NCBI GenBank assembly: GCA_039679885.1
Contig: JBDKUC010000207.1
Span: 1-49,703 of the forward strand
Origin: Thermoguttaceae bacterium
GTDB lineage: Bacteria > Planctomycetota > Planctomycetia > Pirellulales > Thermoguttaceae
Direction of reading: 5' to 3'
Length of the DNA stretch: 49,703 bases
The position numbers and the translations under genes are program-made. Of the stretch, positions 26,090-33,689 are shown piece after piece (position 1 is the stretch's first letter; each line of letters starts with the position of its first letter). A model generated the notes under the pieces. That model was given only the letters and a program-made list of their open reading frames with translations. It ran no database searches and was not told the DNA's origin.

Positions 26090-26221
26090 GAGCTGTCAGC
26101 AATCAGCGATCAGCTTTCAGCATCTGAGGAATGCAAACGCAGAATGTCGACACTAGCCCGACGCGCAAGCGAGGGAAAACACTGATTGCTGACAACTGAT
26201 AACTGACAACTGACAACTATC
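26090..26221. repeat. hairpin element with 7-nt periodic arms (NNTCAGC x4 / CTGAYAA x4) enclosing a half CTAGCCCGACGCGCAAGCGAGGGAA unit
   Basis: The left arm is GCTGTCAGCAATCAGCGATCAGCTTTCAGC. The right arm is CTGATTGCTGACAACTGATAACTGACAACTGACAACT. TGTCAGCAATCAG (26093-26105) is the exact reverse complement of CTGATTGCTGACA (26182-26194). Confidence 0.8.
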
Positions 26222-26228
26222 ACAACCC

Positions 26229-27503
26229 ATGCGAAACTCCTTTCGACAAAGCAGTTGGGCCGTGACCGTGCCGCTGGTGGCAATTGCCGTGGCCTACGTT
26301 TCGTTCATCTGGCTTCCGGGCAGGCGGGCGATCCGCCAGTTGCAGCAGGAAGTCGAGACGAAGCAGGCTTTCGTCAGCGACTCGATTGGATTGCCCGCGA
26401 CGCTGGCCCGGCGGCAGCAGGACCTGGATCGGGCCAACGCCATCGTGACCCGATGGGAGCAGGCAGCGCCGCGAAAGAGGACCATTCCGGCCCTTTATGG
26501 AAAGATCGACTCTCTGGCCAAGGACGCCGGACTGACGATCGCCAAGTTCGATCCCCAGCCTTTCTTCGTCCACGAGACGGTCGACGAGATCCCGATCACG
26601 GTGACCGGTTCCGGTTCGTTCGCCCAGATCTTCACGTTCCTTCAGGGGATCGAGAGGCTCTCAGTCACCGTGTGGGTTGACTCGCTGCGACTGGAGCGGA
26701 CTGAGAAAGATGCGAAGGATGTGCGGTGCGAGCTAGGATTGGTCGTCTTTTCCGATAATTCACGAAAGAGAGACTACATAAACTTTGCCGGTAAATCCGA
26801 TACAGAGAGGAGCCGGACAGAGGCGCGCGACTGCGCCAGGTTCCGGGCGAAGATCGTGAATATGGAGAAATTCGCTAAGCGGCTTCGGCGTGAGTTCGCC
26901 GCTAACCCAAAGAAAGCAGCCGTGCTCGTACTTGTGACTCTCGTGGCGTTGTATTTCTGGGCGCCGTTGGTGGCCGGCTGGCTCGGCAAGAGAGAGAAGC
27001 CAGCCAGTGCGGCAGCACTGCCGACCGCCAACTTGGCGGCGACGGCTCGTCCAACGACGACGGCCGGGGCAACCGACAGTGGCCGCCTGCCGGCCTGGGA
27101 GCAGGTCTCCACATGGATGCATGACGACCCGCGAACCACGGCAGCCGCGCTGCCGAACGCCCGCGATCCGTTCGATCGCCCGAAGCCAAGCGTTGCGAAA
27201 AACAGTGTAGTGGCGAAACCTGAAACGCGTCCGCTGACGGTTAGCCCGACCGCGGCGGGACTGGTCCTTACCGGCACGGTTATTGGACCGCAACGGCGGT
27301 TGGCCCAGATCGGTGGGCGGACGTACGCCGTCGGTCAGACGATTCAGGTCGCCAAGGAGAAGGATTCGGTGGCCGCCGCGTTCAAGCTAACTGACGTTCA
27401 GGCCCGCCGGGCGATCCTCCGGTCGGGCGACCAGGATTTTGAATTGACGATTCCCGAGCCGGGCAGATCCGGCAAGATTGAGTTACTTGTCCCCGAGCGT
27501 TGA
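26229..27503 (+). CDS. PilO-like / PilP-like fusion ORF
   Basis: The N-terminal ~180 aa has a TM plus coiled coil plus PilO-like core (DAGLTIAKFDPQP...IPITVTGSGSFAQIFTFLQGIERL). After an AT-richer linker there is an internal ATG at 26862, a second TM (AAVLVLVTLVALYFWAPLVAGWL), a P/T/A linker and a PilP-like beta domain (LVLTGTVIGPQRRLAQIGGRTYAVGQTIQV). Confidence 0.75.
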   Translation: MRNSFRQSSWAVTVPLVAIAVAYVSFIWLPGRRAIRQLQQEVETKQAFVSDSIGLPATLARRQQDLDRANAIVTRWEQAAPRKRTIPALYGKIDSLAKDAGLTIAKFDPQPFFVHETVDEIPITVTGSGSFAQIFTFLQGIERLSVTVWVDSLRLERTEKDAKDVRCELGLVVFSDNSRKRDYINFAGKSDTERSRTEARDCARFRAKIVNMEKFAKRLRREFAANPKKAAVLVLVTLVALYFWAPLVAGWLGKREKPASAAALPTANLAATARPTTTAGATDSGRLPAWEQVSTWMHDDPRTTAAALPNARDPFDRPKPSVAKNSVVAKPETRPLTVSPTAAGLVLTGTVIGPQRRLAQIGGRTYAVGQTIQVAKEKDSVAAAFKLTDVQARRAILRSGDQDFELTIPEPGRSGKIELLVPER

Positions 27504-27524
27504 TCGCAGGAGGAGTGCCGAGCC

Positions 27525-27578
27525 ATTCGTAGTTCCGCCTTTAGGCGGCGTTTGGTTCGTAGTTCCGCCTTTAAGCGG
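27525..27578. repeat. two units of the TTCGTAGTTCCGCCTTTAGGCGG repeat family
   Basis: The units are at 27525-27548 and 27555-27578, between the PilO/P ORF and the secretin gene. Confidence 0.85.
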
Positions 27579-27673
27579 CCGTTTCGCTGCGAATGCCGGC
27601 TCAAGCCGGAACGACAAACGGCTTTGCACCCGTCCTGGCGTTGATCATCCTGAGAAGACGGTCACGGAAGACC

Positions 27674-29803
27674 ATGAAGACAGCCGGCCGGCTCATCGCA
27701 ATCAGTTCATTCGCCGCCCTTGGCGTGGGGCTGGCGGTGTGCGTGGCCGTGCGGTCGAGTGCGCCAGCCAAATCAAACCCGGGCATACTGGCCGCTGAAG
27801 CGGCCAGCCCTTCGGCGGCCAGCCCTCGGACGGCGAGTGAGAAAGCGCCGGTCTGCGACCGTGGTTCGGAGCCGGAGAGTCGCAAACCGGAAGTCCGCAA
27901 TCTGCCGGCCCCGGTCGAAAGCTTGCCGCCCACCGCTCCGCCCGGACCGAGCTTGGCCGCCGCCGCGCCAAGCTATGGGCAGGAAGTGCTCCCGGCGCCG
28001 GGCGGGCAGGACCTGTCGAAGGCGCTGGACGCCATCCGCAAGGGTCTGGCCGAACAGCAGGCGCCGCCGGCCAATCCGCCGCAGCCCCCGACCGCGAAGG
28101 CCAAGAGCAGCATCGACGGCGAAGGCGACGGCAAGCTGCGGATTCACATTTATGACGAGGACATCCGCAAGGTCCTCGACCTGCTGAGCGAGCAGGGCAA
28201 CCTGAACATCTTGGCCAGCAAGAACGTCGAGGGCAAAGTCTCGGCATCGTTGAACGGCGTGGACGTGCAGGGCGCCCTGGCGGCGATCCTGAAATCAACC
28301 GGCTTTGTCGCCCGCCGCGAAGGCAACTTCCTCTTCGTCGGCACGCCCGAGGACTTCAACAACATCGAGCAGGCGATGGACCGCGTCGGCACGCGGACCT
28401 ACCGGCCAAACTACGTCACGTCGGCCGAACTGAAGGCCCTGATTACGCCGCTTCTGACCGAGAAAATCGGCGTGCTGAGCGTCTCGACGCCTTCCGAGTC
28501 GGGAATCGCGCTGAACGACACGGCGGCTGGCGGCGACCGCTTTACCGGCAATGAGGTGCTCGTAGTCCGCGACTACGAGGCCGTTCTCTGCCAGATCGAC
28601 CAGTTGGTTTCCGAGGTCGACGTGCGGCCGATGCAGGTCGCCATCGAGGCGATGATCTTGAGCATCAAGCTCGACGACACGGACAAGTTCGGCGTCAACT
28701 TCCAGTTGCTCCGCCAGAATCCGGACATCAAGTTCGGCCTCGGCTCGCCGTCGCAGTCGCTGAGCGACGCGGCCGCGCCGACCGGCTTCCCGTTGAACGG
28801 CGGTCTGAAGTTCGGCTTCCTCGACGGCACGCTCGGCGCGTTCCTCGACGCCCTCGAACAAATCGGCGACACGAACGTCATCGCCAACCCGCGGCTGATG
28901 GTGCTCAACAAGCAGCGAGCGGAGATCCAGATCGGCGAAAAGCAGGGCTACATCAGCCAGACCATCACCGAGACCACTTCGACGCAGAGCGTCGAGTTCC
29001 TCGACACGGGCACCCAGTTGCGGCTCCGGCCGTTCATCACCAGCGATGGCGTCATCCGGATGGAGGTGCACCCCGAGCTTTCCGACGGCGAAGTGACCGT
29101 CGAGCCGAGCGGCGTCACGCTGCCGAACAAGCGGCTCACGGGCGTGACGACGAACATCATGGTCCGCGACGGCTGCACAATGGTCATCGGCGGCCTGATC
29201 CACGAGCAGTTGACCAACACGTCGACTCAGTTGCCTGTCCTGGGCAACCTGCCTTACATCGGCTTCCTCTTCCGTCAGAAGACCGAAACGACCCAAAGGC
29301 AAGAAGTGCTCGTGCTGATCACGCCGCGGATCGTCTACGAGCCCGGGACGTGCCAGGAAGGGCAGCAAGCAAAATGCGAGTTCCTGCGACGGCAGAGCAC
29401 GTATGCCGACAAGATGAGCCCGCTGGGCAAGCGGTCGATTGCCCGACGCTACTACCGGCTGGCCGACAGCGCGTATGCGGCGGGCGAGATGCACAAGGCT
29501 CTTCGGTTCGCCGAAATGGCCGTCCAGTTCGACCCGCTCAACCGAGCGGCGTTGGAACTTCGGAGCGACATCTGGTTGAAGAAGCCCTACCGGCCGCATC
29601 CGTCGTCGGCGGAATACAACGACTGCCTGACGCACACCGGCCCCGGTGAGCCGGCCGGCAATCCGCTCGACGCCCAGGCCATGCCCGACTGGCTGGTCAA
29701 CGATCTCGAAGGGAGCGCGCCCCCGCCGATGCCATTGCACCCGCTGGATCCTGGCATCCCCGGCAAGCATCGCGATCTGGTCCGGCCGAGGATCCTGCAA
29801 TGA
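27674..29803 (+). CDS. secretin (PilQ/GspD family) with Pro-rich N-terminal linker and C-terminal TPR-like extension
   Basis: The start is taken at ATG 27674 (MKTAGRLIAISSFAALGVGLAV). It has N0/N1-type domains (VLDLLSEQGNLNILASKNVEGKVS..., VLVVRDYEAVLCQIDQLVSEVD). The secretin core reads NVIANPRLMVLNKQRAEIQIG...LRLRPFITSDGVIRMEVHPELSDG...VLGNLPYIGFLFR...EVLVLITPRIV. Confidence 0.9.
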   Translation: MKTAGRLIAISSFAALGVGLAVCVAVRSSAPAKSNPGILAAEAASPSAASPRTASEKAPVCDRGSEPESRKPEVRNLPAPVESLPPTAPPGPSLAAAAPSYGQEVLPAPGGQDLSKALDAIRKGLAEQQAPPANPPQPPTAKAKSSIDGEGDGKLRIHIYDEDIRKVLDLLSEQGNLNILASKNVEGKVSASLNGVDVQGALAAILKSTGFVARREGNFLFVGTPEDFNNIEQAMDRVGTRTYRPNYVTSAELKALITPLLTEKIGVLSVSTPSESGIALNDTAAGGDRFTGNEVLVVRDYEAVLCQIDQLVSEVDVRPMQVAIEAMILSIKLDDTDKFGVNFQLLRQNPDIKFGLGSPSQSLSDAAAPTGFPLNGGLKFGFLDGTLGAFLDALEQIGDTNVIANPRLMVLNKQRAEIQIGEKQGYISQTITETTSTQSVEFLDTGTQLRLRPFITSDGVIRMEVHPELSDGEVTVEPSGVTLPNKRLTGVTTNIMVRDGCTMVIGGLIHEQLTNTSTQLPVLGNLPYIGFLFRQKTETTQRQEVLVLITPRIVYEPGTCQEGQQAKCEFLRRQSTYADKMSPLGKRSIARRYYRLADSAYAAGEMHKALRFAEMAVQFDPLNRAALELRSDIWLKKPYRPHPSSAEYNDCLTHTGPGEPAGNPLDAQAMPDWLVNDLEGSAPPPMPLHPLDPGIPGKHRDLVRPRILQ

Positions 29804-31026
29804 ACGCGGCGGCTCTAGAACATAACACAGCGAAGCACACGGGCCGGGAGCTAACAGCTCGGGGACTGTCCCAATTGCCGTATCAGCGAAAATGGGACTG
29901 TCCCCTTGGTAGCGGACGGCTGTCAGCTCCCGGCCATTGGATCAAGAGCCTTTCGGCCGCGGCGATCGCGCTCTCGCTAACGCTAAGTCTCGGCTGCTCG
30001 GGCGTGCCGCTGCTGTCGAAGTCTGCCGCCAACGCCACCCCGTCGATCCACAAGCGGAAGGAAGAGCAGGTGCGGCGGTTCGAGGAGGTGCGAGATCGCA
30101 CCGAGTATCAAGCGGCTCAAACCCGCTGGACGCAGCAACACGATGCGAAGGGCTGCCGCGAGGGGCTCGAAAAACTGCTGGCCCGCAATCCACGACATCG
30201 AGACGCCCACCTGCTGATGACCGAAGTGCTGCTTGAGCAGGAGGACTCGCAGGCGGCCTATGCCCACGCCAAGGCCGCGTTGGACATCGCGCCGAACGAC
30301 GCCGAGGTGCAATACACGATGGGCGTGGCCACCGACGCCCTAGGGCAAAGCGCCGACGCCTTGGGCTATTTCGAGCGCGCGGCCAAGATGGACCCGCGCA
30401 ACGAAACCTTCGCCGCGGCCTATCAATCCGCGCAGGAAATGGTGCGCGAGCAGATGCCCGGCGACCGGTCGGTCACGCTTGACCGGGGCGGCAAGAACCG
30501 TTCGGCCGAGCCGCACGGCGAAGTCCAACAGGCCGGTTATGCCACGACCGCCGTCGCTGCCGATTCGTCCGCAGGCAACAATCCTGCGGGCCCTGCCGGC
30601 GATCCGGCCGACCTGCTCCGCAAGGGCCAAGACGCCTTGGCCGCCGATTCACCCCAGGTGGCCATCGACTGTTTCCGCCAAGCGGTGGCGGCGAAACCGG
30701 ACAATCCGCAAATCCCGCTCTCGGCGGCAGCCGCGGCGCTTCGGGCGAACCGGCCCGAGATGGCCGTCGAGCTTCTTGCCGCCGCGGCCAAGCAGTTCCC
30801 AACCTGTGCGGCGATCCACCGCATGTTGGGGGCGGCCTACTACCGCGCAGGTGACTACCCGTCGTCCCAACTCGCTCTCCAGCAAGCACTTTCGTTGGAC
30901 AAGTCGAGTGCCCTGTCCTACCTTTTAATGGGATGTACGCTGGCCAAGCTCGGGCAGCAGCAGGCGGCCGAAAACCACTTCCGGCAAGCCCGCACGTTGG
31001 ACCCGAGATACACCGTGACGCGGTAG
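29800..31026 (+). CDS. TPR-repeat lipoprotein (PilF/PilW-like pilotin candidate)
   Basis: The lipobox is AIALSLTLSLGC|SG. Multiple TPR units follow (AHLLMTEVLLEQEDSQAAYAHAKAALDIAPNDAEVQYTMGVA..., AIHRMLGAAYYRAGDYPSSQLALQQALSLD...). ATG 29800 overlaps the secretin stop (ATGA), but ~45 codons containing repeat 29861-29905 precede the signal peptide, so the true start is uncertain. Confidence 0.75.
   Translation: MNAAALEHNTAKHTGRELTARGLSQLPYQRKWDCPLGSGRLSAPGHWIKSLSAAAIALSLTLSLGCSGVPLLSKSAANATPSIHKRKEEQVRRFEEVRDRTEYQAAQTRWTQQHDAKGCREGLEKLLARNPRHRDAHLLMTEVLLEQEDSQAAYAHAKAALDIAPNDAEVQYTMGVATDALGQSADALGYFERAAKMDPRNETFAAAYQSAQEMVREQMPGDRSVTLDRGGKNRSAEPHGEVQQAGYATTAVAADSSAGNNPAGPAGDPADLLRKGQDALAADSPQVAIDCFRQAVAAKPDNPQIPLSAAAAALRANRPEMAVELLAAAAKQFPTCAAIHRMLGAAYYRAGDYPSSQLALQQALSLDKSSALSYLLMGCTLAKLGQQQAAENHFRQARTLDPRYTVTR
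29861..29905. repeat. paired palindrome element GGGGACTGTCCC-N21-GGGACTGTCCCC (copy 2)
   Basis: It has the same 45-bp architecture and inner TCAGCGAAAAT as 8013-8057. It lies within the 5' part of track ORF 29800-31026. Confidence 0.8.
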
Positions 31027-31201
31027 CCCACCGACATCCTCCCGCCCGACTCGCGGCGCGAAAGCGTTGCGGCGACCGTTGAGTGCAGCGGATCGTTGTT
31101 CCACGGCAATCGTAGAGGGATTCTCCTATCCGTTCCCAAGCTGGACGGACTGGGAAGTCCGTCCTACGGCGCGACCGCAACTTATTGTGTGACGATTCCT
31201 A

Positions 31202-32677
31202 ATGATCGACACGACGAAGAAGAACAACCGGTTGGCCAGCGCCGCGCTGATCCTTTGGGCCGGCTTGGCCGCGGCGTGGGTTGGCGGCTGGCCGATGGTC
31301 GGGGCAGCCTGGCTCCTGCGATCCGTCGTGTTGCTGGCCGGCATCGGAGTGGCTCTTGGCGTGACGTTTCTTGTGCGACGCCAACGGCAGCTCGAGCGGC
31401 AACTGATCTCCGCGCATTTGGACGCGCTGTGTCACATCGCCCCGCAGACGACCGAGCCGGTCGATCCCCCGGCGCCGACGTGCCTGCCGGCCGACACGCC
31501 GTGGAAAGACGTTCTGGCTCGCGTGGGGCAGACGATCGTCGGGCTCTGCCACCACATGGAAGACATGGCGCACGCCCGGACGGCGTCGGAGGTGCGCTAT
31601 CGCCGCGAGGCGGCCGAGGCCGAACGCCTCAAGGAGACCCTGGCCGCCTTGGCCGATCCAATCTTGGCCATCGACGGCTACGACCGGCTCGTCCTGGCCA
31701 ATCCAAGCGCCGAGGCGCTGTTCCACCTCGAAGCCGATCGGCCTGAGGCGCAGACGCTGACCGACGCGCTCGATTGCCAACGCCTCGTCCAGTTGCTCGT
31801 CTCGACGCGGCAACGCAAGGTGACGGGCAATCGCACGGACGAGCTTGAACTGACCGACAGCCAGGGCCGGAATCGCTGTTATCGAGCGACCGCGCGAAAG
31901 CTCGATGGCGCGGACGGCGGGCCCGGCGGCGCCGTGGCCGTGCTCCGCGACATCGCCGATCAAAAGGCGATGCAGAAGCGGAACGCCGAGTTCGTCTCCT
32001 CGGTGAGTCATGAAATGAAGACCCCGCTGGCCGGCATCAAGGCCTACGTCGAGCTGTTGGCCGACGGCGACGCCGAGGACGAGCAAACTCGCGAGGAGTT
32101 CCTGGGCGTGATCAACGGCCAGGCCGATCGCCTGCAACGGCTCGTCGACAACCTGCTCAACTTGGCGCGGATCGAGGCCGGCGTGGTTCAGGTGAGCAAG
32201 CAGCCCCGCTCGCTCAACGAGTTGCTCGACGAGGCTTTGCGCGTCGTCCAGCCTTCGGCCGAGGCGAAGCAGATCGAGCTTCGCGGCGAGCTTAGCCAGC
32301 TCTATCTCGGCGTCCTGGCCGACCGCGACATGCTCATGCAAGCGGCAATCAATTTGTTGAGCAACGCGGTGAAGTACACGCCCAGCGGCGGTCGCGTCAC
32401 GCTCCGAAGCCGCATGGCCGATCAGGAAATCCGCTTCGAAGTGCAAGACACGGGCGTGGGGCTCAGCGAGGAAGATCGGGACCGCGTTTTCGAGAAGTTC
32501 TACCGGGTGCAGAAAGACAAGCAAATGGCGGCCGGCACGGGCCTCGGCCTGCCGCTGGCGAAACACATCATCGAGGACGTCCACGGCGGCCGCCTCGCCG
32601 TCGAGAGCACGCTGGGCCAAGGCAGCACCTTCATCGTCACCTTGCCCAGCGCCGGACAGATGCGAAGCGAGGGATAG
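31202..32677 (+). CDS. sensor histidine kinase (2 TM, PAS-like, HisKA, HATPase_c)
   Basis: The H-box is FVSSVSHEMKTPLAGI, the N-box is LLSNAVKYTP, and the G-boxes are DTGVGL and GTGLGLPLAK. A PAS-like segment (LADPILAIDGYDRLVLANPSAEALF) is present. Confidence 0.9.
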   Translation: MIDTTKKNNRLASAALILWAGLAAAWVGGWPMVGAAWLLRSVVLLAGIGVALGVTFLVRRQRQLERQLISAHLDALCHIAPQTTEPVDPPAPTCLPADTPWKDVLARVGQTIVGLCHHMEDMAHARTASEVRYRREAAEAERLKETLAALADPILAIDGYDRLVLANPSAEALFHLEADRPEAQTLTDALDCQRLVQLLVSTRQRKVTGNRTDELELTDSQGRNRCYRATARKLDGADGGPGGAVAVLRDIADQKAMQKRNAEFVSSVSHEMKTPLAGIKAYVELLADGDAEDEQTREEFLGVINGQADRLQRLVDNLLNLARIEAGVVQVSKQPRSLNELLDEALRVVQPSAEAKQIELRGELSQLYLGVLADRDMLMQAAINLLSNAVKYTPSGGRVTLRSRMADQEIRFEVQDTGVGLSEEDRDRVFEKFYRVQKDKQMAAGTGLGLPLAKHIIEDVHGGRLAVESTLGQGSTFIVTLPSAGQMRSEG

Positions 32678-32694
32678 ACGGAAACATCACGATC

Positions 32695-33081
32695 ATGGGC
32701 AAACGCATTTTTCTGTGCGATGACGAGATTCACATTCTCCGGGCGGCCGAGATCAAGTTCGCGCGGGCGGGCTATGAGGTGGAAACGGCCAACGACGGGC
32801 AGGCGGCGTGGGAAGCGATTCAACGCCGGACGCCCGACCTGCTGATCACCGATTGCCAGATGCCGCGGTTGGACGGTTTCGGACTGGTGCGGAAGCTCCG
32901 CGACAACGCGGCCACGGCCGACCTGCCGATCATGATGCTCACGGCGAAGGGGTTCGAGCTTTCACAACAGGAGCTGGCCGAGAAATGGAACGTCTTGGCC
33001 CTGATCGCGAAGCCGTTCAGCCCTCGCGAGCTGCTCCGCCGAGTCGACTCCATCCTCCAGGAGCAACCTGTCGAAGCATAG
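32695..33081 (+). CDS. response regulator, stand-alone receiver domain
   Basis: It has RIFLCDDE..., PDLLITDCQMPRLDGFGL, IMMLTAKG and LIAKPFSP. The gene starts 17 nt after the kinase gene. Confidence 0.9.
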   Translation: MGKRIFLCDDEIHILRAAEIKFARAGYEVETANDGQAAWEAIQRRTPDLLITDCQMPRLDGFGLVRKLRDNAATADLPIMMLTAKGFELSQQELAEKWNVLALIAKPFSPRELLRRVDSILQEQPVEA

Positions 33082-33157
33082 AAGCTGTCAGCTTTCAGCG
33101 ATCAGCTCACGGACGCCGACCGCCGACCGCTGATAGCTGACCGCTGATAGCTGAAAC
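33081..33157. repeat. hairpin element with 7-nt periodic arms (TCAGC units)
   Basis: GAAGCTGTCAGCTTTCAGCGATCAGC (33081-33106) faces GCTGATAGCTGACCGCTGATAGCTGAAAC (33129-33157). The element lies between the receiver gene and the STAS gene. Confidence 0.75.
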
Positions 33158-33175
33158 CTCCCCACTCCCCTCCCC

Positions 33176-33502
33176 ATGAACCTTCCCACCGAGACATTTG
33201 ACGACGTCGTCGTGGTCCACACGCCCGAGGAGCTTGGCGCTGAGCACTGCGATGCCTTCGAGGCGTTTGTCGCGTCATTGAGCCGGCCGAATGTCGTGCT
33301 CGACCTTGACGGGACAGAGACGCTGGACAGCAAGGGCTTGGGCTCGCTGCTGAACGTTCAGGACCGTCTGCGCGATGCGCACGGTGAGGCGAAGATCGCC
33401 GTCAATAGTGCAACCAACCGCAAGATCCTCGAGATGACGCGGCTCGACCAGCAGTTCGAAGTGTTCGACAGCGTCGTCGAGGCCGTCAAGAGTTTTCAGT
33501 AA
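33176..33502 (+). CDS. STAS-domain protein (anti-sigma-factor antagonist-like)
   Basis: 108 aa. VVLDLDGTETLDSKGLGSLLNVQDRL...KIAVNSATNRKILEMTRLDQQFEVFDS matches the SpoIIAA/STAS pattern, including the conserved DS(K/S)G region. Confidence 0.85.
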   Translation: MNLPTETFDDVVVVHTPEELGAEHCDAFEAFVASLSRPNVVLDLDGTETLDSKGLGSLLNVQDRLRDAHGEAKIAVNSATNRKILEMTRLDQQFEVFDSVVEAVKSFQ

Positions 33503-33508
33503 GAAGTG

Positions 33509-33686
33509 AAACAGTGGGCAGTCGGCAGTAGAAAAAGAAGTCGGCAGTCGGCAGTACCCCACTCCACTACCCGCCCACTGCCGACTGCCCACTGCCGACT
33601 GCCCACTACCCCGCCCACTGCCGACTGCCCACTGCCCACTGTCCACTGCCCACTGCCCACTGTCCACTGCCGACTGCCCACTGTTT
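33509..33686. repeat. 178-bp element: perfect 20-bp terminal inverted repeats enclosing ~15 tandem heptamers (CCCACTG / CCGACTG)
   Basis: AAACAGTGGGCAGTCGGCAG (33509-33528) is the exact reverse complement of CTGCCGACTGCCCACTGTTT (33667-33686). The interior from ~33570 reads CCCACTG CCGACTG CCCACTG CCGACTG ... TCCACTG CCGACTG CCCACTG. The element occupies essentially the whole STAS-ATPase spacer and ends 3 nt before ATG 33690. Confidence 0.9.
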
Positions 33687-33689
33687 CCC

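Noticed and set aside
33509-33686. Possible CRISPR array suggested by the regular short repeats (also 26090-26221 and 38375-38467).
   Set aside because: The units are 7 nt (or 31 nt in three copies) and directly abutting, with no unique spacers of 25-40 nt. The arrays have internal dyad symmetry. No cas genes are present.
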